64,000 nt of DNA, taken from assembly GCA_964552465.1 (NCBI GenBank), contig CAZKGR010000018.1, positions 6,097 to 70,096 of the forward strand, in the 5' to 3' direction. Source of the DNA: an uncultured bacterium (GTDB taxonomy: Bacteria; Electryoneota; Electryoneia; Electryoneales; Electryoneaceae). Below, one piece after another: positions 57,700 to 64,000 of the stretch. The notes beneath the pieces are model-generated. The model ran no database searches and had not been told where the DNA came from. It worked only from the letters and a program-made list of their open reading frames with translations. The translations under genes and the position numbers were made by a program. How positions within the stretch are numbered: the first letter of the stretch is position 1; each line of letters opens with the position of its first letter.

Positions 57700-59601
57700 C
57701 TACTTGACCAGCATGTATCCCTGCATCTCCTGGTGCAAAGCACTGCAGAAGTTGGTGCAGTAGAAGGCGTACACACCACTCTTGTCAGCCTTGAATGTCA
57801 CCGACTTCGTCTCGCCCGGATCAATGACAAGATTGATGTCGTAGTTGTCGATCGCGAAGCCGTGAAGCTCGTCACGAGTCTGCTCGATGTTCGTCACATG
57901 AACCGTGACAGTGTCACCCTTACGCACACGAATTACATCTGGCGCGAAGAAAGAACGGACGGCCATCATCCAGATTTCTACATTGCGACCGCTACGTTCG
58001 ACTCTAGCTTCTTCGGCAGTCCAAATTGCATTCGGATTCTTATGCCAGTATGGATCGTCCTTCTTGTAGACCTCGACCGGGTCCAGCTTGTCGGCCTTGA
58101 TCATCACCGCATAATGCGGTTCCGGTTCGGTGAACGCATCATACAGAAGACTCATCTTTTCGCCGGATATATCAATCAACTGTGCGGATTCCGGAATCGA
58201 CGGACCCACGCTCAGGTGACGACCCTTGGACAACTTGTTGAGAGCGACGAGATAGTTGCCATCCGGCGATCTCGAGTCGCCTTCAGCCGAGACGAGGTGA
58301 CCGATGTTGTAGGCAACCGGGAGCTTATCTAACACGTACTGACTCATGTCCGCGCCTTCCTCGTAGGGCGGAAGCTGCCACTTACAGACGGCGCTTTCGA
58401 CGAACAACGAGGTGTAGGCGTTTCCACGATCATCAAACTGGGTATGGAGTGGGCCGAGACCGACCGGGATTTCCGCTTCACGTACCGACGCGTAGTTCAG
58501 GACTGGAATACCGTCGATGGTTTCCTCGAAATCGCTGGCTGCGATGGCCGCGGAGATCTTCTCCATGTTGTAGACGGTGGTTGTCGGCGAGAGCTTGCCG
58601 GAACCGATGATCCACTGTCCAGACGGGCTGACATCCACGCCGTGCGGGGACTTGGCCAGCGGAATGAAGTAAGCAATACCCTGCGCGGTGAGCGGATCAA
58701 GGACCGGTGCACCGTTAACCATGCGAGACTTACCATCGGCAACAGCCTGCTCGGCAGCACGCCAGTCGACCATCAGGATGTAATCTTTATCGCGCTGGGA
58801 CGCCGTGACTTCAAGCTTTCCGCCTTCGATGAATTCACGCTCGGCATTGTAACATGTCCAGAACATCCAGCCATCACTCATGCCCTTACCGGCGTCGCCG
58901 AGGTCATAGTTGAACGGTGGGCAGAGGATTTCCCAACCGAGGCTCATCTCGCCAGTGGTCGGATGCAACTTGATACCAGCGACTACGCCCTTGTACTTGT
59001 CAGCATATTCATCAACATCGGCGTAAGTACCTTCGGGGAAGGGTACTGACATACGTGTCGCCATGGTGATGTATTCGCTGTTCGGTGTGCAGAACGAGCT
59101 ACCATGGTTTGCCGAGATGTTCGGAATGCTGAGAATCTGCTTGGTTTTGAAATCCTTAAGGTCGATACGTGCGACACGGCCGTTGGCGTTGTCGTTGATA
59201 AACAGCCAGCGACCATCGTACTCACCGTCGGTTTCTGAGAATCCCGGATGGTGTGAATCGCCCCAGGTATAACCCCCGAGCATTTCTTTGCTTTCGTTGT
59301 CGAATCCGTATCCAGTTCCCGGGTAGGGAGTGAATACGGGGATGGTGCAGATGTGACGCATCGAGGGAACGCCCGAAACGAAAATCTGCCCGCTGTGTCC
59401 ACCTGAGTAGAAAAGGTAGTATTCGTCAAGATCGCCAGGTGCAACGTAGGTAGCCAATGCTGCGGATGTTACATCCGAACCACCGCCAGCTTGCCCACGT
59501 CCACCACGTGATGGCTGCTGAGCACATCCGATCATCCCTGCTGCGATCATCATGATCAGCAGAAACGCGATCCTTCGAGTCCACAAGACCCTGTCTTTCA
59601 T
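57700..59601 (-). CDS. nosZ: Sec-dependent (clade II) nitrous-oxide reductase
   Basis: SGGHSGQ, WGDSHHP, NHG, KSPHGVDV, GLGPLHTQFD, YNIGH, EPH, CuA motif FYCTNFCSALH.EM. Sec/lipoprotein signal (MIGC), no Tat motif, no fused cytochrome c. Confidence 0.97.
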   Translation of the reverse strand: MKDRVLWTRRIAFLLIMMIAAGMIGCAQQPSRGGRGQAGGGSDVTSAALATYVAPGDLDEYYLFYSGGHSGQIFVSGVPSMRHICTIPVFTPYPGTGYGFDNESKEMLGGYTWGDSHHPGFSETDGEYDGRWLFINDNANGRVARIDLKDFKTKQILSIPNISANHGSSFCTPNSEYITMATRMSVPFPEGTYADVDEYADKYKGVVAGIKLHPTTGEMSLGWEILCPPFNYDLGDAGKGMSDGWMFWTCYNAEREFIEGGKLEVTASQRDKDYILMVDWRAAEQAVADGKSRMVNGAPVLDPLTAQGIAYFIPLAKSPHGVDVSPSGQWIIGSGKLSPTTTVYNMEKISAAIAASDFEETIDGIPVLNYASVREAEIPVGLGPLHTQFDDRGNAYTSLFVESAVCKWQLPPYEEGADMSQYVLDKLPVAYNIGHLVSAEGDSRSPDGNYLVALNKLSKGRHLSVGPSIPESAQLIDISGEKMSLLYDAFTEPEPHYAVMIKADKLDPVEVYKKDDPYWHKNPNAIWTAEEARVERSGRNVEIWMMAVRSFFAPDVIRVRKGDTVTVHVTNIEQTRDELHGFAIDNYDINLVIDPGETKSVTFKADKSGVYAFYCTNFCSALHQEMQGYMLVK

Positions 59602-59674
59602 CCTTCCGCCTCCCAATGTTTACTATCTTCTGCGTTCACTGTTTGTCGAAAAATGGTACAGACTCATCTATAGA

Positions 59675-60892
59675 CTACTCACTACTACTTATCTGGTCCT
59701 GATTACTCCTGTTCCTCACGATGTCGTATGCCTTGTTGATTTTATCAACAGCTTCCCACTTTTCTTCGTCCGTCAGCGGGATCTGACTATCGAGAATAAT
59801 CTTCATCGTGCCTGTTGGATCAAAGAGGAACTCTTCCACTGTCTTGTTGAACCGAGTTCGGACATCATCTGGTGCCCAGGATAGATCGGGTCCTTTATTG
59901 GTGGGAGATTCGATGTCGAACGCTTCGACACTATGGCAAATGAAACAGGAATGCTCGAAGAAGAAAGCACCGTCACCGTCACGCATCTTGCGCTCACGTT
60001 CGAGTTCTTCAGCAGTCATTTCGTCAAAGAGCTTAACACCCGGCAGGTATGCCCGAGGCAGATCCGCGTTTTCCTTCCAGCTCATCACAAGCATCGACAA
60101 GGCTATGGCGTCCCTGGTCTGGAAATTCATGTCCGGCATGATCGTTCCCGGGACAATGGTTTCTGGCGATTTGAAGTGTTTGATGTGCCAGTTGAACACC
60201 GTCAGCTGCTCAGAGACGAGATTCGAAAAGTCGTATCCTTCAGGGTGTTTATCACCTTCGTGACTCAGGTCAGGACCAAGAATTCCGCCATCTTCGTTAA
60301 CAATGTGGCAGACCTTACAACCCTTCTGATGGAGCAGGTTTTTGCCACGATTGATGAAATCTAAACCAGGCGTACTACGTTCGTATCGATGGCAGTAATT
60401 GCACTGGATCTCATGCATGGGAACGGGATCCCGTGCATCATACTCAGATCCTATGATTGAGCTGAGTAGTGGCTCTTCCCAATGGGTGATGAATCCGTGT
60501 GCCTCATGAGCAGTCAACGCATATCCTTGACCACCGTGACAAATCGTGCAACCATACTCTTCCAGTGGGTGATCAGCGAACAACTCCAAGTCTGGATGTG
60601 TTGCCCAAGGCTGCTCCATGTCTTCAAGACCCGGCCAGGTAATACCCTGGTGACACGTGATGCATCGATCGACGCGGTCCAGTTCATCAACCCAGATCTG
60701 CTGAATACCATAGGATATGGAGGTAGCATCAATGTCGCCGAAGTTCTCAGCGAGGATGAAACGAAACTCTTGTTGGTAATACTTCCACTCCGGAACACCT
60801 TCGCGCACATACACAGCGCCAATGGCCACAACCGTGATCGCTGCTGCAATCAGAAGCAGGAAGAGTTCTTTCTTGGGGATTGGTTTCCTCAT
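59675..60892 (-). CDS. Membrane-anchored pentaheme cytochrome c (c subunit of a Rieske/cytb complex)
   Basis: N-terminal TM; CITCH, CTICH, CNYCH, CKVCH, CFICH. Confidence 0.9.
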   Translation of the reverse strand: MRKPIPKKELFLLLIAAAITVVAIGAVYVREGVPEWKYYQQEFRFILAENFGDIDATSISYGIQQIWVDELDRVDRCITCHQGITWPGLEDMEQPWATHPDLELFADHPLEEYGCTICHGGQGYALTAHEAHGFITHWEEPLLSSIIGSEYDARDPVPMHEIQCNYCHRYERSTPGLDFINRGKNLLHQKGCKVCHIVNEDGGILGPDLSHEGDKHPEGYDFSNLVSEQLTVFNWHIKHFKSPETIVPGTIMPDMNFQTRDAIALSMLVMSWKENADLPRAYLPGVKLFDEMTAEELERERKMRDGDGAFFFEHSCFICHSVEAFDIESPTNKGPDLSWAPDDVRTRFNKTVEEFLFDPTGTMKIILDSQIPLTDEEKWEAVDKINKAYDIVRNRSNQDQISSSE

Positions 60893-60899
60893 CTCTGCC

Positions 60900-62396
60900 T
60901 CAGTAAGTAATTGGATGATGTGGCCATGCCTGCCACGGCCAGTAGAAGTCCCAGTTCGGACCCCGGAGCGCTGTGCCGATGTAGGTCAGAAGCAGGAAGC
61001 CAACAATAAACGCGCAAAAAGTAGCAATAGAAGCGTATCGCTTTGATTTCGTGATCTTGGCAACGACGAAAAACAAAACAGCAAAGAGAACAAGCAGAAG
61101 CGTCGCCGGATTTACGAAATCGAAAAAGAACTGACTTTCTATACCGCTGAACAACTCACGGGTTGGAAATAACAGACTCAGTGTGACGCAAAACGCGGTT
61201 ATAATAATCCCGACTGCGAATCCAAGCATACCGAATGTGCGGCCTTTGCTATCCGTGAACCACAACCCCAAGCCCTTCTGTTCACGATCAACAAACGGAA
61301 TCATGGCCAATCCGAGTACCGCAATCCCGGGAATCAACACACCACCCATCAGCGCTGAATACCCGACCAGCTCCTGTAAACCGAGGAAATACCACGGTGC
61401 CTTCGCAGGGTTGGGTGTCACTTCCGGATTGGCTGCTGCTTCAAGGGGAGCTTGGAAAACGATGGCAAGGATTATTGAAACTGCCAACGTTGTCAGGGAA
61501 ACAAGCAGAATTCGAACTGTCAGGAATGGTGACGACGGGACTGAATTATCGTCGTTCAGCGTCGTAGGATCGCTCACCGCAATACTCGTCCCCTTCGCAA
61601 TCCCGAGAATACTGTAGGTCTTGGACTTCTTCGGGATAGCGGCTGGACGGTTTGCAGCATCCCGGCGCACCTGGTCAATAACTGCCAGACCGCCATCCTT
61701 ACGGATACGCCACATATGCCAGGCGCATAAAGCAAACAGGATAACTGGCAAGAAGAAAACGTGAAGCACGTAGAAACGAATGAGTGTGGGCTGCCCAATC
61801 TCAGTACCGCCGAGCAAGAACTGGCGGATCTGTTCTCCTATCATTGGGACAGCAGCGGCGATGTTCGTCCCGACAGTAATCGCCCAGTAGGCGAGTTGAT
61901 CCCAGGGAAGAAGATAGCCGGTGAAGCTGAGAAGAAGGGTCAGCACAAGCATACCTACACCCATCACCCAGTTCCAATGGCGAGCTGATCGGACCATGTC
62001 TCCTGCCTTGTATGCTCCGGTCAGGAAAACCCGGAACATGTGCACGAAGACGACCGCTACCATAAGGTGAGCGGTCACACGATGTAATCGCCTGAGCAAC
62101 CACCCAAAACTGATCGCGAAATCTATGTCCTTTATGCTCCAATATGCCCGTTCGACAGAAGGCACATAGAAGAACATGAGGATCACACCGGTAACCGTGA
62201 GGATGATGAACAGATTCAACGCAATCGTTCCGAGGTACATCGAGCTCTTAAAGGATAAAGATCGCAACGAAGTGCGGTGCGAAAACCAGTGCAGCAGAAA
62301 GCTGGATACAACTGCAGATCCGGCTTCACGGCTGGATTCTGGTTTCCAAGGCCATGTCAGCCTGTCGAGAAATGAGGATTTTGGCAGGAGGCTCAT
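60900..62396 (-). CDS. Cytochrome b (b6 + subunit IV fused, extra C-terminal TMs)
   Basis: TGVILMFFY.P, GWLLRRLHR..AH.M...V..HMFRVF, SFTGYLLPWDQ.AYWA, RFY.LH, NPAKAPWYFLGLQE. Confidence 0.93.
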   Translation of the reverse strand: MSLLPKSSFLDRLTWPWKPESSREAGSAVVSSFLLHWFSHRTSLRSLSFKSSMYLGTIALNLFIILTVTGVILMFFYVPSVERAYWSIKDIDFAISFGWLLRRLHRVTAHLMVAVVFVHMFRVFLTGAYKAGDMVRSARHWNWVMGVGMLVLTLLLSFTGYLLPWDQLAYWAITVGTNIAAAVPMIGEQIRQFLLGGTEIGQPTLIRFYVLHVFFLPVILFALCAWHMWRIRKDGGLAVIDQVRRDAANRPAAIPKKSKTYSILGIAKGTSIAVSDPTTLNDDNSVPSSPFLTVRILLVSLTTLAVSIILAIVFQAPLEAAANPEVTPNPAKAPWYFLGLQELVGYSALMGGVLIPGIAVLGLAMIPFVDREQKGLGLWFTDSKGRTFGMLGFAVGIIITAFCVTLSLLFPTRELFSGIESQFFFDFVNPATLLLVLFAVLFFVVAKITKSKRYASIATFCAFIVGFLLLTYIGTALRGPNWDFYWPWQAWPHHPITY

Positions 62397-62914
62397 CAGA
62401 CCACCAACCTGAAGTCGCGATCGACTTCCGAAAATAGATCAACGATTAACTGACCATCATCAGGTGCCAGGTTCAAACGATGCCATTTCAATGGTCGCGG
62501 CGCCGGGCCAGAGTAATTCGTCCCCTCAGCATGGAATTTTGAACCATGACAAGGGCAATGGAACTCACCTGGCGCTGAGAACTCTTTGCCACGAACGGTG
62601 ATCTGCTTCTCTTGACTGTAAGGTGAAAATTTCACCGTGCATCCAAGGTGTGTGCAAACACCGGAAATCGCAAAGAATCCATTTCCTTGCTTGAAGATGT
62701 ACACTTTGTGTTCATCCAGGTAGGAAACTCCCGATTGAAAATGGTCTGGAGAGCCAATTTTGAACCGCTTTGGCGGTTCATAAAGGACATTTGGTATCAG
62801 GGATCTCAAAACTACCCACAATCCGCTGAATACGCTCAGACCAACAAATGCGCCAGATAATCGACCCATAAATGATCGACGGGTCTGCGGCGATGCTTTC
62901 GCTTCTTCGTTCAC
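62396..62914 (-). CDS. Rieske 2Fe-2S subunit
   Basis: Tat anchor TRRSFM; CTHLGC and CPCHGS boxes; GPAPRPL. Confidence 0.95.
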   Translation of the reverse strand: MNEEAKASPQTRRSFMGRLSGAFVGLSVFSGLWVVLRSLIPNVLYEPPKRFKIGSPDHFQSGVSYLDEHKVYIFKQGNGFFAISGVCTHLGCTVKFSPYSQEKQITVRGKEFSAPGEFHCPCHGSKFHAEGTNYSGPAPRPLKWHRLNLAPDDGQLIVDLFSEVDRDFRLVV

Positions 62915-63999
62915 TCAACTATCTCCACGAAATTGAACCGTTCCATGGTCATCGCTTCAGTGGGGCAGCGCTGAGCACATAACCCACACCGAATACATGC
63001 TGTGTCATCTTTCAACAACACAGTCAACGTGCTTTCAGCCGGATCAATGCCACTCGCATGCAATGCTGCCTGCCTGTGGTCCTCCGGCATATCCACTTCA
63101 CTTATCGGAACAAAGTGCAGGCATTTCTCAGGACAGACATCTGCACATCGTCCACATAAAACGCAAATCTCGGGGTCGTAAATGGTGTCTATATGACATG
63201 ATAGACAACGTTCGGCCTGTTTCCTTGCAGTACTTTCATCAAGCACAGTCTCAACTTCGGTAATGCCCGTGCGTCGCCCGGCACTAATTGTATCTGGATT
63301 CTTTCGCGTCAGCTTTTCATAAGCTGCGGGCATTTTGTAATCATCAATCGGGACTTTTTCGATCGTCACCTGCATGGAAGTTGAGGTGTCAGTCCCACTC
63401 AGGAATGCGTCAATGGATTTTGCGGCCTTTTTTCCGTTAGCAACGGCTTCGATCAGGATACGTGGACCAAATGCTGCATCGCCGCCTGCAAATACACCTG
63501 GGGCACTTGTTTCAAGCGTTTCAGGATTGATCTTTATTGTTCCGCCGCGGCCTATCTCAATGCCGTCAGAGTCTGAAATGAAATCGAGATCGGGTTGTTG
63601 ACCAATCGCCAGAATCACTGAATCAACATCCAGCTGCATTGTCCTCTGCTCGTCATACTGTGGTGAGAATCGACCCTCTTCGTCAAACACTCGGGTGACA
63701 CCGACAAGCTTCAGACCCTCAACTCGATCCTTGCCGATAATCTCTTTAGGCCCCCATGAGGGGTGGAGTTGAATACCCTCCAAATGAGCTTCATGCAACT
63801 CTTCTTTACCCTGTATTGTTTGGGCGGAAGGCAATTCAGCCAGTGATTCGAGCGAAATGACAAACACTTCGGCGGCGCCAGACCGCATTGCCCCACGTGC
63901 AGCATCCATGGCAGGTTGACCAGCAACAGCCTCTGCCGTTTTCTCAATCTCCTCCATCGGGGAGTAAAAGTCGCGAACCGCTGAACGTGCAGCATCCAT
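62911..63999 (-). CDS. FAD/NAD(P)-dependent oxidoreductase (GltD/NfnB-like) with C-terminal 2x[4Fe-4S]; 5'-truncated by the window edge
   Basis: DAAR.A.R.GA.EV, D.VILAIGQ, GVFAGGD, IEAVANGKKAA.SID, A..QAERCLSC, CVLCGRCADVCP, CIRCGLCAQRCP. Confidence 0.9.
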   Translation of the reverse strand: MDAARSAVRDFYSPMEEIEKTAEAVAGQPAMDAARGAMRSGAAEVFVISLESLAELPSAQTIQGKEELHEAHLEGIQLHPSWGPKEIIGKDRVEGLKLVGVTRVFDEEGRFSPQYDEQRTMQLDVDSVILAIGQQPDLDFISDSDGIEIGRGGTIKINPETLETSAPGVFAGGDAAFGPRILIEAVANGKKAAKSIDAFLSGTDTSTSMQVTIEKVPIDDYKMPAAYEKLTRKNPDTISAGRRTGITEVETVLDESTARKQAERCLSCHIDTIYDPEICVLCGRCADVCPEKCLHFVPISEVDMPEDHRQAALHASGIDPAESTLTVLLKDDTACIRCGLCAQRCPTEAMTMERFNFVEIVE

Positions 64000-64000
64000 G

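Noticed and set aside
6105-59049. Many antisense or alternate-frame ORFs in the track (e.g. 6105-6788, 16722-17237, 23684-24286, 57733-58332, 58444-59049)
   Set aside because: They lie wholly opposite well-supported genes and carry no motifs; they are shadow ORFs.

Overview
Chromosomal window from a Gram-negative bacterium. Four proteins with T9SS-type C-terminal sorting domains (YPNPFN...KVMLMK-like), a PorV-like barrel and three SurA/PrsA-type PPIases point to the FCB superphylum, probably a candidate lineage (inference). 1-41.8 kb is mostly core or secretion genes: tandem T9SS cargo paralogs, engB, hmgA/hppD, an ECF sigma/anti-sigma module, priA, der, tRNA-Gly(CCC), comEC, nfeD, selA, tadA, yhaM, ltaE and the PPIase operon. 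It also holds an archaeal-type GatD, a solo ORF6N gene among short tandem repeats and palindromes, and a coupled pair of PEP-synthase-like dikinases lacking the pyruvate-binding barrel. 41.8-49.9 kb is an atypical RiPP-like cassette: a 56-aa precursor with a YxxPxL leader, a PqqD/RRE, a ScmC-like kinase-fold protein, an ABC exporter, a divergent T9SS protein, and a fused S24/S26 peptidase-nucleotidyltransferase; no radical SAM enzyme or lasso cyclase lies in the window. 50-64 kb is one co-directional run: an FAD/4Fe-4S oxidoreductase, Rieske, cytochrome b and pentaheme cytochrome c directly upstream of clade II nosZ-nosB-lipoprotein-nosD-nosF-nosL-nosY and an OprC-like copper receptor. These last two loci are the best candidates for undescribed systems. 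No CRISPR array, rRNA, integrase or transposase was recognised. All family calls come from motif recognition by eye, not database searches.
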